A stretch of 64,000 nucleotides of DNA from an uncultured Candidatus Saccharibacteria bacterium (GTDB lineage: Bacteria; Patescibacteriota; Saccharimonadia; Saccharimonadales; Saccharimonadaceae), in the NCBI GenBank assembly GCA_964566735.1, contig CAZMJB010000001.1:21516-85515 (forward strand). The letters are read 5' to 3'. Position numbers and translations under genes: made by a program. The notes beneath the pieces are model-generated. The model had not been told where the DNA came from, did not search any database, and saw nothing but the letters and a program-made list of their open reading frames with translations. Position 1 is the first letter of the stretch. The number at the start of each line of letters is the position of its first letter. Of the stretch, positions 63,948 to 64,000 are shown in pieces.

Positions 63948-64000
63948 TGGAGGCACCTACGGGTAACGCTCCCGTCTACACGGTTTTGCAGACCGTTGCC
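63948..64000 (-). tRNA. tRNA-Cys (anticodon GCA), 3' two-thirds only; the 5' part lies beyond the window
   Basis: The minus strand reads ...ACGGT-CTGCAAA-ACCGT, GTAG, ACGGG-AGCGTTA-CCCGT, AGGTGCC, U, CCA. The discriminator U73 fits Cys. The T-loop is non-canonical. Confidence 0.5.

Overview
The window is a compact stretch coded almost entirely on the minus strand, from a small-genome bacterium. The gene content includes type IV pilins with PilB, a split transketolase, GatCAB, YtxH/DUF948 pairs, LemA-HtpX and many small membrane proteins. Several genes also have a -10 box directly abutting the start codon. Together this looks like a Patescibacteria/Saccharibacteria-type organism, but that is inference only and cannot be verified here.

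I support about 70 CDS. Housekeeping genes are rnhB, rplS, dnaE, gatCAB, uvrB, pheST, trxB, ppa, rel, rmuC, trmD, rpsP, rnc, nusB, rpmF, leuS, murF, ligA and htpX. A sugar-phosphate block runs fba, PfkB kinase, split transketolase, rpe, rpiB and gap. There is also an OmpR/histidine-kinase pair, a SugE-type SMR exporter behind a guanidine-III-like riboswitch, tRNA-Gln, tRNA-Leu and a partial tRNA-Cys. I saw no rRNA, CRISPR array, transposase or integrase.

The most unusual observations are:
1. Two ORFs with extreme GC3 codon usage sit on the opposite strand in the two intergenic gaps of the conserved rpsP-KH-trmD ribosomal operon. Each has a near-consensus sigma70 promoter and its own terminator, and the operon is now cut into separate transcription units.
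2. A roughly 320-nt GC-rich structured locus between gap and rel has no credible ORF. It has its own TTGACA-17-TAGAGT promoter and a 12-bp-stem terminator, and I cannot assign it to a known RNA class.
3. LeuRS carries a complete NUDIX domain inserted in its editing-domain region.
4. A 651-aa fusion joins an unknown N-terminal domain to a LOG domain and is coupled to the sugar-phosphate block.
5. A structured GC-rich segment ending in a copy of a tRNA 3' fragment lies next to tRNA-Gln and a DUF4145/HEPN-like orphan gene.

All calls come from reading the sequence and the ORF track by eye. No searches were run.
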